In this document: positions 28,286 to 38,068 of the stretch, piece by piece
How positions within the stretch are numbered: position 1 is the first letter of the stretch
Layout of the letters: each line of letters starts with the position of its first letter
Source: an uncultured Anaerolineaceae bacterium
GTDB lineage: Bacteria; Chloroflexota; Anaerolineae; Anaerolineales; E44-bin32
DNA length: 64,000 nt
NCBI GenBank assembly: GCA_964385355.1
Contig: CAYLOO010000005.1
Coordinates: 1,850-65,849, forward strand
Direction of reading: 5' to 3'
The notes under the pieces: model-generated
Told to the model about the DNA's origin: nothing
Databases searched by the model: none
What the model saw: the letters and a program-made list of their open reading frames with translations, nothing else
Position numbers and translations under genes: made by a program

Positions 28286-28909
28286 TTAGGCTGTGATGTT
28301 GAGAAGATTTTTCAGTTCTCCCAAGATGGTCTTAGGGTCTTGAAAGTGGATTCCATGGATCCCCAGTTCACGAGCTCCCTGGATATTTACAATAAAGTCG
28401 TCGATGAAGATCGTTTGTTCCGCTTCGACATCCAACCGATCGAGGGCTAATTGATAGATTCGCCGGTCGGGTTTTGCTAACCCAACTTCGGCTGAAACGA
28501 TTATTTCGTCGAAGATATCCGCGATATGCCAGCGTTCTTCAAGGAAGCGTCGAGTGGAAGACCATCCATTCGATAATAGACCCATTTTGGTTCCGTTTGC
28601 GCGGGCGCGGATAAAACGGATCAATTCCATGTCAATCTGATCGCCTGACCAGAACTCATCCCTCACGAGTGTTAATTCATCACTCGAAAGTTTGAGTTGC
28701 GCACCCACCCACATCCAGAGATCGTCATTAGTGGCTTCGCCTACGGTGGCTTTGCGACTCATCTCGCTCTCGAAGACGAGTTCGTATATTTTCCCATTGG
28801 GCAGATCCAGCATCCGGTCCAGACGATGCCGCGGCTCCCAGTCTTCAGTACGAAGAATGACGCCTCCAATATCCCAGAGGATGGCCTTGAAGGGGTCGGG
28901 TTTGTCCAT
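28286..28909 (-). CDS. HAD-superfamily hydrolase (YihX-like)
   Basis: WDIGGVI, LLSNG, KPDRRIY, FIDD. Confidence 0.9.
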   Translation of the reverse strand: MDKPDPFKAILWDIGGVILRTEDWEPRHRLDRMLDLPNGKIYELVFESEMSRKATVGEATNDDLWMWVGAQLKLSSDELTLVRDEFWSGDQIDMELIRFIRARANGTKMGLLSNGWSSTRRFLEERWHIADIFDEIIVSAEVGLAKPDRRIYQLALDRLDVEAEQTIFIDDFIVNIQGARELGIHGIHFQDPKTILGELKNLLNITA

Positions 28910-29045
28910 GCTATTCCTGCTCCCATTCAGCAAGGGCAAGAAGCTTGCCCTATCTATACCCCAAGATAGTTGCCGTACATTATAGTAGATATGCGACGAG
29001 GGATAGCACTTGCCAGGTCATGTTGGATTGCATGCTGATGGATCC

Positions 29046-30074
29046 TCACTCCTTCTGGAGTTCCTCTCCAGTACGCAGTTCAATCTCGTAGGTGACATAC
29101 TCTCGCTGTACATGCATGCCCGCTTTCTCATACAGTTTCGTCGCGCCGGCGAGATTGTTTGAGTCGACGCCTAAACCAACGCGGGGTTTCCCGCGGCGAT
29201 AAAATTCGCCGAAAACTTGCCTTAACAGGGCTAACCCCAAGCCTCGGCGTCGCCATGGACGCCGGACACCAAGGACACTCACCCAACCCTTGTCCGGGTC
29301 GTCATCTGACTCCGCTCGACACGCAACCATGCCGGCAATTTCATCCCCGTCCATGGCCAGGAACCATAAAGTAGGGTCGGGCTTCCGGATTTCAAAAACG
29401 TAGTGTTTCCATTGTTTGAATCCCTCTTCAAAGGGGGTTTCCACATATCCCCAATGGTCCTCGAAGGCCTCGTCTTCGGCCCGGTAGGCGGCTTCGGTAT
29501 CCTCCGGGTGCTGTATATTCCGGATTGAGATACCCTCCGGCCATACAGGTGCTGGGGGCGCTGCGTCAAATTCGAGCAACATGTTCCATCCATAGCGGAT
29601 GCCTTTCATGCCCATACTCTGCAGTAGTTCCTTCGCCGGAGTGTACGTGTTTACGGTTCCAGAGCGCGCCGAGACGCGAGCGCCCTTGGGAACGCGGGGT
29701 ATTGCCTCGCGGGCGCGTTCCAATGCCCATTCCATCATCGCTGTGCTAATGCCCTTGCCTTCCCACTGTGGATGGACGCGACCCCAAATCCAGGGGTGGA
29801 TGGGCGGTTTCTCTACATCCCACACCTCGATGCAGCCGACGATTTGTCCTGCCGAGGTAATCACAAGTCTGGTGTCGTGTTGAAGATCGAATCCCGGCAT
29901 CTGCCATTCCTTCGTGTAGCGTTCCTCTGTAAACTCGGGAGCACCGATCATCGCCTTTGAGCACAGGTTAAACATCTCCACTGAACCCTCGATGTCATCC
30001 AAACTTGCCGGGCGGATCGTGTAACCAGCGTTAGCAAGTTTGTTGAAAGTCTGTTCAGTCATCATCTTCTCCAT
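29046..30074 (-). CDS. Tandem-domain GNAT acetyltransferase (paralog 2)
   Basis: WGRVHPQWEGKGI; VLGVRRPWRRRGLG; LGVDSNNLAGATKLYEKAG; start approximate. Confidence 0.9.
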   Translation of the reverse strand: MEKMMTEQTFNKLANAGYTIRPASLDDIEGSVEMFNLCSKAMIGAPEFTEERYTKEWQMPGFDLQHDTRLVITSAGQIVGCIEVWDVEKPPIHPWIWGRVHPQWEGKGISTAMMEWALERAREAIPRVPKGARVSARSGTVNTYTPAKELLQSMGMKGIRYGWNMLLEFDAAPPAPVWPEGISIRNIQHPEDTEAAYRAEDEAFEDHWGYVETPFEEGFKQWKHYVFEIRKPDPTLWFLAMDGDEIAGMVACRAESDDDPDKGWVSVLGVRRPWRRRGLGLALLRQVFGEFYRRGKPRVGLGVDSNNLAGATKLYEKAGMHVQREYVTYEIELRTGEELQKE

Positions 30075-30117
30075 AGAAAATATCTCGATTGCGTGCCTCT
30101 CGATATTCACACTTCGT

Positions 30118-31134
30118 TTATACCATCGGCTTACGATAGGCCATCCATAGCTTGATATTTTGAAATCCAAGATTTTCATATAAGCCCAGTGCGCCACTTG
30201 GATTATCGGTATCTACTCCTAAAGAAGCTTCCTCCATGCCCTCATCTTTTAGCATCTGCATACTTTGAGCCAATAGCGACCGGGCCAGACCGCGTCTGCG
30301 CCAAGGCCGACGAACGCTGATATCTTCCGTATGACCTCGTTTGCGGCTGAAGCGTTCATTTTCCTCGTCATTGATGAAGTTCAAGACCATGCCGGCGACC
30401 TGCCCGTTGTCCCAGGCGACTTTCCAGCGCGCGGGTTGAAAGTAGGGGCTTTTAACCCACCCTTGGTATTCAGAGTCCGTCGCTGGGACATGCCCCCAAT
30501 GGTCTTGAAAAGCTTCTTCGGAAGCATCGAAGATAGTCCGGTATAGATCCGGAGTAGCAGGACGAATTTCGAGACCCTCAGGCAATGCTATTTCAGGGAT
30601 ATCAGCATCAAGCGGACGTACCATCTCAAAGAAAAAGCGGACAGGTTGGTATCCTGCACTTTTCAGCAGAGCCTGCTTCTCACTCTCAGTATCCGCCAGA
30701 TTAACTTGGAAAAAACGTAAGCCGTCTTTCGGGGCGTGTATGGCCAGACCTTTCAAATGGTCCTTAGTGAAACGCAGCAAGGTTGACCCAATCCCCTTTC
30801 GCCTCCACTCGGGGAGGACGCAGCCATCGTGCCGAAAGATGACATCGCCGTTTGACTCATGGAGCCAGTTCATTCGGACGTAGCCTACCAAATCCCCGCA
30901 AATCTCCGCGAGTAGAACATCCTGAGTTGGATCGAAGTTCTGCATGTGATTGAATCTGCGCGCAATGTCGTCGGAAGTGATGACTTCATCCACGCCATCC
31001 GCCTCCCAGCAGCGCTGGATGATGGTGGCGATCCGTTCATTCTCCCGCGGATCTGAATAGCCCCGGAAAGTTAACCCTGGTATTTTGGGTGCATAGGCCA
31101 GGTTCTTCAGATCAGGATTTAATTTCTCTTTCAT
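30118..31134 (-). CDS. Tandem-domain GNAT acetyltransferase (paralog 1)
   Basis: VLPEWRRKGIG; ISVRRPWRRRGLAR; LGVDTDNPSGALGLYENLG; ATG 31134 follows GAGGTG. Confidence 0.9.
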   Translation of the reverse strand: MKEKLNPDLKNLAYAPKIPGLTFRGYSDPRENERIATIIQRCWEADGVDEVITSDDIARRFNHMQNFDPTQDVLLAEICGDLVGYVRMNWLHESNGDVIFRHDGCVLPEWRRKGIGSTLLRFTKDHLKGLAIHAPKDGLRFFQVNLADTESEKQALLKSAGYQPVRFFFEMVRPLDADIPEIALPEGLEIRPATPDLYRTIFDASEEAFQDHWGHVPATDSEYQGWVKSPYFQPARWKVAWDNGQVAGMVLNFINDEENERFSRKRGHTEDISVRRPWRRRGLARSLLAQSMQMLKDEGMEEASLGVDTDNPSGALGLYENLGFQNIKLWMAYRKPMV

Positions 31135-31301
31135 CTCACACCTCAAACCGATCCGCAGCTTCTTACTGCGGTGAAGCCCAATTAATGGCAATTGGAGTTC
31201 CGTATTATTGATCACAGCCGCATCAACTATTCGATTGACGAATTCTTCATCATTTGCACACCCGGATTGACTGCTCTCTATGCGGCTGAGACGTCTTGGT
31301 G

Positions 31302-31340
31302 AAACAAAAAAACCGCGGGCGCTGTAGTGCGCCCGCGGCT
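31302..31340 (-). terminator. Intrinsic terminator of the leader-peptide transcript
   Basis: On the minus strand CCGCGGGCGC-ACTACA-GCGCCCGCGG followed by T7-GTTT. Confidence 0.9.
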
Positions 31341-31365
31341 GTCATTAGGACAGAATCGTCAGGAT

Positions 31366-31467
31366 CTATCTCTCGATAGGCGCACTCCGCGTAGGTAAGA
31401 CGAAACCAGAACCGATAACTGTGTGGCTTCGAACCGCCGCTACAATTTTCACCATAAGCATCATCAT
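31366..31467 (-). CDS. Putative 33-aa leader peptide MMMLMVKIVAAVRSHTVIGSGFVLPTRSAPIER
   Basis: Below the track length cutoff. SD AAAGGAGG at 31480-31487, 12 nt from the first ATG; upstream sigma70-type promoter; terminator follows. Confidence 0.65.
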   Translation of the reverse strand: MMMLMVKIVAAVRSHTVIGSGFVLPTRSAPIER

Positions 31468-31501
31468 AATAGGGTGCGCCCTCCTTTCATAAGATGGGGC
31501 C

Positions 31502-31530
31502 ATCTTAAACCTGAATTAAGTGTACGTCAA
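31502..31530 (-). promoter_or_regulatory. sigma70-type promoter TTGACG-N17-TAAGAT
   Basis: -35 at 31525-31530 and -10 at 31502-31507 with an exact 17-nt spacer. Confidence 0.7.
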
Positions 31531-31563
31531 GGCAGGAATATTAATTTCGTAGTTGGGAAGATC

Positions 31564-33429
31564 TCAACGTCTCAACATCGCTGCAGCTCGTTCTACTGAT
31601 CTGGAGCTGCCGATGAGACCAACGCGATCACCCAACTTGAAGGTTAAGTCCCCTTGGGGAACCATCACGGTGCCATCGCGCGACATGCTTACGATGAGTG
31701 CATCGCCGGGCAGCCGAATTTTCCGGAGTGGCACGTCAGTGATGGATGGATTGCCAATCCGCACTTCTACAACCTCGATCTCGCTATCTCCACGGTCCAT
31801 CAGAAGGTCGAAAATCATCGGGTAGTGAAGAGCACCTTCTATGGCCATTACAGTGGCGAGCGTGGGTTGAACGACTTTCACACCCAAGCGCTGAAGCCGA
31901 GGTATCAGCTCTACATCGCTGATCCTGGAGATGACGAGAGGGATATGGTACATCTGCCGTGCTATGGTGCAGACATTTAACGTCTCCTCCGAGCTCATCG
32001 TCAGATCGATGAGAACGCGGGCATCGGCGGCGCCAGCTTTCGCGAGAGTTGCGGGCAGGTCTGCACAACCCTCGAAAAAATCAACATCCAATCGTTGGAA
32101 CGCAGCTTTGCGGCTATCGTCCGGGCAGATAATGGCAACGGTCTCGTTGAGGGCGAGCAGCCGTTCAACGAGGAACTCAGTCAGTTGATCTTGGCCTATG
32201 AGGATGATACCGCGGCGGCGCTTTTCCTCACCGGCGGGAAGAATGCGGTTGAAGAGTATTGGTGATAGCGTGCAGGAAACAATAGCGAGAAGAATGATCG
32301 CAGCATCAAGAGCTTCTGTGATCAAACCTAGACGTAAAGCAATAGACGCGGCGGCGATGATGAGAGAGAGACGAGCGGACAGCAGAAAACCACTTGCGAA
32401 GGTTTCTCGCCAGTTAAATTGTAAGCGCAGCAGAAGCGCCGGGATGACCTTAACTAAATATGCTATGGCAACAAACAATGGGATCAGCAGGAGAGCTTGA
32501 GGGGATTCTATGATGGCTCGAAGGTTCAACTCAACGCCGACCATTATGAAGAAAATTGGGATGAAGAATCCATAGCCGATAGCATCGAGCTTTGCACGCG
32601 CGTTCTCGCCTTCCTGATCATCGAGTAAACCAGCAATGACACCAGCCAGAAAAGCACCCAGGATGAGCTCCACGCCCAACGCTTCAGCCAGCACAACCCA
32701 GGCAACCATGAGCGCGAATGCGCCGCGCACTCGGATTTGCGCTGTGGCGCTCGAAAGCTCATCGAGGAAGGTTTGCAGAAAGCCCAGCTCAGAGATTCGC
32801 CGCATTCCGCGAACAGCAACGGCAAAGATGGTTAATAGGGCAGGTATCAGCAGGAGATCCAGCGTCAATCCTTGACTGCGAATGGCGATGACGATTGTCA
32901 GCAAAAGCAGAGTGACGAAATCTGCAACGGATGCAGCGACAAGGATGTATTGGCCATATTTTAGATCGAGAAGATCCCGCTCCTTAAGGACGGGCACTAC
33001 AATGCCCAGGGAAGTCGTACTCAGGATCAAACCGATGAGGATCGGACTTTCAATGAGACCTGACAAAGACAGCAGCCATGAGAAAAAGAAAGCCAAGATG
33101 AGGGTGCCCAGCAAGAGTAGTACGGCGAGCGTCAGGGGACGCTTCCAGAAAGATTTGCCGCTTGAGTATGGACCACCAGATAGGAGAAGTTCGAAATCCA
33201 CTTCCAATCCGGAGAGGAACATCAGATATGCGAAACCAAACTCCGCCAGAAATCTGAGCGTCTGTGAAGGTTCAACAAGATTTAGACCACTTTGACCAAT
33301 GATGATGCCCGCGACGATCTCGCCGACAACGATGGGGATGTAAAAACGGCGCAGGCGAGCTGAGAGAATTGGGACAACCAGGGCGAGCACCGTAATAAGA
33401 AGGAGGGCTAGAAAGGGGCTGTGATCCAT
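31564..33429 (-). CDS. CPA2 cation:proton antiporter fused to RCK (TrkA-N/TrkA-C) domains
   Basis: About 12-13 TM, FLSGLE, LSTTSLG, ASVADF, FFIMVG; C-terminal IIGQDQL and LRKIRLPGDALIVSMSR. Confidence 0.92.
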   Translation of the reverse strand: MDHSPFLALLLITVLALVVPILSARLRRFYIPIVVGEIVAGIIIGQSGLNLVEPSQTLRFLAEFGFAYLMFLSGLEVDFELLLSGGPYSSGKSFWKRPLTLAVLLLLGTLILAFFFSWLLSLSGLIESPILIGLILSTTSLGIVVPVLKERDLLDLKYGQYILVAASVADFVTLLLLTIVIAIRSQGLTLDLLLIPALLTIFAVAVRGMRRISELGFLQTFLDELSSATAQIRVRGAFALMVAWVVLAEALGVELILGAFLAGVIAGLLDDQEGENARAKLDAIGYGFFIPIFFIMVGVELNLRAIIESPQALLLIPLFVAIAYLVKVIPALLLRLQFNWRETFASGFLLSARLSLIIAAASIALRLGLITEALDAAIILLAIVSCTLSPILFNRILPAGEEKRRRGIILIGQDQLTEFLVERLLALNETVAIICPDDSRKAAFQRLDVDFFEGCADLPATLAKAGAADARVLIDLTMSSEETLNVCTIARQMYHIPLVISRISDVELIPRLQRLGVKVVQPTLATVMAIEGALHYPMIFDLLMDRGDSEIEVVEVRIGNPSITDVPLRKIRLPGDALIVSMSRDGTVMVPQGDLTFKLGDRVGLIGSSRSVERAAAMLRR

Positions 33430-33534
33430 GTGTCATTCTTGGGAGCAAAGGTGTGTAATCTAGATTCAAGTGTATCAGATATCAACCTGCTACCGGAAGA
33501 ATCAAACTGGGATTGCGTTGGTTTTGCGGGCACG

Positions 33535-34575
33535 TTAATCGTGGGTTAGTCTCACACTATTAATAAAGTCAGCGAGAAGACCATAGGCTGTTGTGTGCGG
33601 TCCTGGATCGGACTCGGTGATCGTAAGCGGACCGAGGGTGTCGCTGTGAAAGGTTACGGCGGATGAGGTCCCCATCACATTGTAGAGCGGATCGCTGGGA
33701 TCGAGCAGTTCGGGGTGTACAGATGTCGCTATCCCTTTGTCTGTTCTTTCGGCCTTGCAGATGAGTTTCCAGCGTTTCCCCTCTGCTGAAGCAGATTGTA
33801 TGTCTTCGCTGCAGAGTGACTCAATCCCTTTACGCACAACGCCAGACGGTTTCAGATTTGTGCCCATGAGCACGGTGACGAGGGCCGAAACCTTAATTGC
33901 CGCGTCCCAGCCCTCGATATCGCCGGAGGGATCGGTCTCGGCGATCCCGATTGACTGGGTGTAAGCGACGGCGTCTTCGAAGGTCTTTCCCTGCTCCATT
34001 AAGGTTAGGATGAGATTGGTTGTTGAGTTCAGGATCCCACGGAAGGATTGGAGATCTGCTGCAGGAAGCGTTTCGCGCCAGAGTGAAAACACTGGCGCTC
34101 CATCCATAACCGCAGATTCGAAGAAGAATTTCCGCTTATGTGCCTGCGCTAATTTTGTAAGTTCGCGGTAGGCGTGGACGACCGGACCTTTATTCGCCGT
34201 TATGGCGTGCATGCCGGCAGAAAGCGCAGTGGAGATGTGTTCAATCGCCGGTTGACCGTCGTCGTAGCTGACGGGGGTGTTCTCAAAGAGAACGTCCGCA
34301 TTGCATGCCCGAATGAATTCGGAGCCATTTTGTGGTGTCGGCCCAGCGGTTAGTGGGTCGAGTGATCCACCCGCTTCGATCATCGCCAGCGCACGCTCAA
34401 GGTCTATCCCCGTTGAGTTAATCGCTGCTCCGTGGCGACCGGTCATGATTCCAACAACTTGCCAGTTTAAATCCTGCTGGGTTAGAAGTTCTTCGCCTTT
34501 CACCAGCAGCAGCCGCGCGAATGCCTGGCCAACGTTTCCGAAACCTAGGAGAGTGAATTTGTAGGTATCCTTCAA
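33535..34575 (-). CDS. hom: Homoserine dehydrogenase (no ACT domain)
   Basis: LGFGNVG, ITANKGP, FESAVMDGAP, GILNSTTN, AETDPSGDIEGWDAAIK. Confidence 0.92.
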   Translation of the reverse strand: MKDTYKFTLLGFGNVGQAFARLLLVKGEELLTQQDLNWQVVGIMTGRHGAAINSTGIDLERALAMIEAGGSLDPLTAGPTPQNGSEFIRACNADVLFENTPVSYDDGQPAIEHISTALSAGMHAITANKGPVVHAYRELTKLAQAHKRKFFFESAVMDGAPVFSLWRETLPAADLQSFRGILNSTTNLILTLMEQGKTFEDAVAYTQSIGIAETDPSGDIEGWDAAIKVSALVTVLMGTNLKPSGVVRKGIESLCSEDIQSASAEGKRWKLICKAERTDKGIATSVHPELLDPSDPLYNVMGTSSAVTFHSDTLGPLTITESDPGPHTTAYGLLADFINSVRLTHD

Positions 34576-34605
34576 GAGAATTACTCCAGAATTACCAGGG
34601 TTGGA

Positions 34606-35340
34606 TTATACCAACGGCCAAGGGTAGGGGCGGCCTACACCGGGCGAAGGGAAGACGGGCGATCGTAAGATTCGGTCAATGCGTTCTCGAAAGTTGATAA
34701 ACTCAGACCTGGAAAGCAAGAGCGAAAGATCATCGTGAACATCGTTTTCTGAGTCCAGTTGATCCCTCAACAGATCCACGTGCTCGAGCAGCTTATCTGG
34801 AATGGACTCTCCGGCGAAATCCCAGATCACCGTACGGAGTTTCTCTTCATCATGGAAGCATAAACCGTGGTCGATCAACCAGAGGTGATCATCCTCGCCA
34901 AGGAGAATATGACCAGATTTGCGATCGGCGTTGTTGATGATGATGTCGAAAAGCACCGTGGAGTGCAATCGCCCCTTCTCCTCCTGGCTGAATGTGAAGT
35001 AATGACGATTGGGATCGACATCGATGTAGAGTTGGAGTGAACCTGGGCCAGCGGGTGCGTCCTCGCGCAGCACAGTCGGCGGGACGAGTTCCCAGCCCAA
35101 AACCTGGCTCACGAGGTAGGCTGCCACTTCTCTGTCGGCTAGAGAACCATGGGGGAAATCCCAGAGCGGCTGTTCGCCGCGTGCTGGTTTATATATCGCC
35201 GGGATTTTGCCATGATCTCCTTCGATCTGGACGAGAAAAGTGAAATTTGATCCCCAGGCCACCTGAGCCACAACTCCAATTTCACCGGTATTGAGGAGGT
35301 GGGTAATCGCTTCAAGGTTGTCAATCTCGAAAATGTTCAT
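34606..35340 (-). CDS. SCO1664-family (PI3/4-kinase-like) protein
   Basis: GSNFTF, IYKPARGEQPLWDFP, REVAAY, INNADRKSGH, IDHGLCF. Confidence 0.9.
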   Translation of the reverse strand: MNIFEIDNLEAITHLLNTGEIGVVAQVAWGSNFTFLVQIEGDHGKIPAIYKPARGEQPLWDFPHGSLADREVAAYLVSQVLGWELVPPTVLREDAPAGPGSLQLYIDVDPNRHYFTFSQEEKGRLHSTVLFDIIINNADRKSGHILLGEDDHLWLIDHGLCFHDEEKLRTVIWDFAGESIPDKLLEHVDLLRDQLDSENDVHDDLSLLLSRSEFINFRERIDRILRSPVFPSPGVGRPYPWPLV

Positions 35341-35418
35341 CTGTGTGTTTAGATATAGATGCGCAATCTATAAAGGAGGTTTTGGGAAGCGACAGCGAGC
35401 CCGGATGGCGTTTGAACG

Positions 35419-35946
35419 TCAGCGTTTATGGCCGTTTTTCTTGGGGCAGAAATGACCTTGCGGGTCGATAGGCTCACCACAGTTGCCGCATAAAGGTCTG
35501 CCGCGAGCGGACAAATCCAAGCCCCAGCTGCACATCCGGCGAAATTGTGAGCGGCTGCACCAGAAACGAGCGGCAGAAGCCAGCTCAGGGTCTTCATTGA
35601 GAGGTTGGATCTCACGAGCAACAAGGATGAGCATGTCGCTTTCCTCGTCATAGCCCAGCGCGATGTGACCCACGCGGAAGGCGGGATCGATAGGCTCCTC
35701 GAGCGCCATCTCACCTTCGATGTAATCTCGTGAAGATTCAGGTAGATCTGGGAGACGCTCGTGCAGCTCACTCAGGAATTCATCAAGGCCAATAGCGAGC
35801 GATTGAATCTGCTGTTTTTCGATAAGCAGTGTGACCAGTTGATCCCCGGCGCGTCCTTGTAGATAGAAAACGCGTTTCCCGGGGCCGCCAATAGCCCCGG
35901 TTGTGATCCGATCAACGGGTTTGAGTTCGTACTGCATGCCTGCCAT
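35419..35946 (-). CDS. DUF3090-family protein
   Basis: RITTGAIGGPGKRVFYLQ, IEKQQ, PAFRVG; C-terminal GRPLCGNCGEPIDPQGHFCPKKNG. Confidence 0.9.
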   Translation of the reverse strand: MAGMQYELKPVDRITTGAIGGPGKRVFYLQGRAGDQLVTLLIEKQQIQSLAIGLDEFLSELHERLPDLPESSRDYIEGEMALEEPIDPAFRVGHIALGYDEESDMLILVAREIQPLNEDPELASAARFWCSRSQFRRMCSWGLDLSARGRPLCGNCGEPIDPQGHFCPKKNGHKR

Positions 35947-36009
35947 CTAAGGTCCCACACTAAGTTGATGAACGGTTAGGCTTATCCTCTCTCTACCGAC
36001 TTGAGTATA

Positions 36010-36633
36010 TCAAACCTCCAGCGTGCTGTACGTCGCGCGCGTATCGTTAAGACCCATAATGTGGATATTGATGTCGCTTACCGCCAATACGCTTATTGAA
36101 GCAGGGGAGATCGTGATGCGCTGGAAGAGGTCCAACGGCATACCGAGATAATGAGCGATGGCGAGTTTGATTGGATCTGAGTGGAACACACAGGCGATGT
36201 TCGCCTTCTCGCTGCGATGTAAATCGCGAAGCGCTTCGAGCTCAGCTACGACGCGCGCTTGAGCTTCCGGGAAAGACTCGCCCTCCGGGAACCTGGCTAA
36301 CGAGGGCGTATTCTGGATGATCGGCCAGAGTTTTCGACGCCGTAAAGCTTTGAGAGATTGCCCTTGCCAGGAGCCGTATCCGATTTCGAGGAGGCCCTCG
36401 CGGATGAGAATATCAAGACCCTGGTCGCGAGCCAATGGTTCAGCGGTTTCGGTAGCTCGTTCCAGCGGGCTGGAATAGATCGCTTCGAACTTGACTGAAG
36501 AGAGAATCCGACCGAGAGCCTCAGCCTGACGGTTGCCCTCTGAACTCAAATGGACGTTCGGCATCCGCCCAGCAAGTTTACGTTTCCCCAGGTAATCATT
36601 GTGTCCGTGACGGATGAGATAGAAGGAGGTCAT
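36010..36633 (-). CDS. Histidine phosphatase (MSMEG_4193-like putative phosphomutase)
   Basis: LIRHG, SSPLERATETA, FPEGES, VFHSDPIK; ATG 36633 follows GGAG. Confidence 0.9.
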   Translation of the reverse strand: MTSFYLIRHGHNDYLGKRKLAGRMPNVHLSSEGNRQAEALGRILSSVKFEAIYSSPLERATETAEPLARDQGLDILIREGLLEIGYGSWQGQSLKALRRRKLWPIIQNTPSLARFPEGESFPEAQARVVAELEALRDLHRSEKANIACVFHSDPIKLAIAHYLGMPLDLFQRITISPASISVLAVSDINIHIMGLNDTRATYSTLEV

Positions 36634-36643
36634 TAATTCTCCG

Positions 36644-38068
36644 CTAGGATGGTTTGCTTCTGCGCAGCGCATGTTTTTTCTTGATTGCATCGATCTCTTG
36701 ATCGGCGAGATCGGATGGCTCGAGCGTGTCATCAATATCTAATGCCTTTCGCTGAGCCGCGCGCCATCGATCCAGTCGTTCTGAGACCTGCGTCTCGTAA
36801 CCTTGTTCGGAGGGCTGGTAAAAATAGGTCCCGAGGAGTGAGTCAGGCAGATAACCCTGCCCGATGTGGTGCCCGGAATGAGTGTGTGGATACCGATATC
36901 CCTTCCCGTGCCCGAGAGCTTTCCTGTCGCGGCTGGCATCTTTCAGGTGCTGTGGGACTTCGACTACCCCTTTTTCCTCCAGATATTTGTAGGCTTTGAA
37001 ATAGGCGCTAGTGGTATTCGATTTTGCGGCAGTTGACAGGTAAAGCGTTGCCTCCACAAGAGCGTATACACCCTCTGGCAACCCAACGAATTCAAAGGCC
37101 TGGACTGCGGCGGAGGTGACGACAAGGCCCATTGGGTCAGCCAGGCCGATATCCTCAGAAGCCAGGATCAACAGACGGCGCAGGATGAAACGCGGGTCCT
37201 CGCCGGCGTAGAGCATTTTCGCCAACCAATAGAGCGCAGCGTCTGGATCGGAACCGCGCACAGATTTTATGAAAGCCGAGACGGTGTCGTAATGCGCATC
37301 GCCGTCCTTGTCGTATAAGACAGCACGGCGCTGGATGGATTCTTGGGCAACTTCTAGCGTGACGTGTATCACGTCGCTCTTATCAGGGGGTGAGGATTCC
37401 ACGGCTAATTCGAGTGCGTTGAGCGCATTACGTGCGTCCCCACCAGACACGCGGATCAAGTGATCCAGAGCATCCTGGTCGAGCAGGATCTGTTTGCTGC
37501 CGAACCCACGCTCGAGGTCGGTGAGGGCACGTTGGATAACCCGGTTCACGTCCTCCTCAGCAAGCGGGCGCAGTTGGAAAATCCGTGAGCGCGAAACCAG
37601 AGCCCCGATCACTGTGAAGTATGGGTTTTCAGTCGTCGCACCGATGAGGGTGATGGTCCCGTTCTCGACGTGAGGTAGAAGCGCATCCTGCTGAGCTTTA
37701 TTCCAGCGATGGACTTCATCCACGAAGAGGATCGTTCGCTTGCCGTATAATTTGCGCCGCTCCTCTGTCGCCTTGATGATGCGTCGGAGATCTGCTTTCC
37801 CGGCCAGAACCGCCGAGATCGTGACAAAATGGGATTCTGTGGTGTTGGCGATGATCATCGCCAGAGTGGTTTTTCCGGTACCGGGAGGTCCCCAGAGGAG
37901 GATGGAAGAGAACAGACGATCTGCCTGGATAGCACGTCGAAGAAGGCAGTCTTCTCCGACTATCTCTTCCTGACCCTCGAATTCATCCAATGTGCGCGGC
38001 CGCATACGTGCGGCGAGCGGGGCTTCGCGGGCTATGCGATCCTTCATTGCGTGGTCAAACAAGTCCAT
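36644..38068 (-). CDS. rarA: Replication-associated recombination protein A (RarA/MgsA)
   Basis: PLAARMRPRTL, WGPPGTGKTT, FVDEVHRWNK, GATTENP, FIKSVRGSDPDAA, SEDIG. Confidence 0.96.
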   Translation of the reverse strand: MDLFDHAMKDRIAREAPLAARMRPRTLDEFEGQEEIVGEDCLLRRAIQADRLFSSILLWGPPGTGKTTLAMIIANTTESHFVTISAVLAGKADLRRIIKATEERRKLYGKRTILFVDEVHRWNKAQQDALLPHVENGTITLIGATTENPYFTVIGALVSRSRIFQLRPLAEEDVNRVIQRALTDLERGFGSKQILLDQDALDHLIRVSGGDARNALNALELAVESSPPDKSDVIHVTLEVAQESIQRRAVLYDKDGDAHYDTVSAFIKSVRGSDPDAALYWLAKMLYAGEDPRFILRRLLILASEDIGLADPMGLVVTSAAVQAFEFVGLPEGVYALVEATLYLSTAAKSNTTSAYFKAYKYLEEKGVVEVPQHLKDASRDRKALGHGKGYRYPHTHSGHHIGQGYLPDSLLGTYFYQPSEQGYETQVSERLDRWRAAQRKALDIDDTLEPSDLADQEIDAIKKKHALRRSKPS

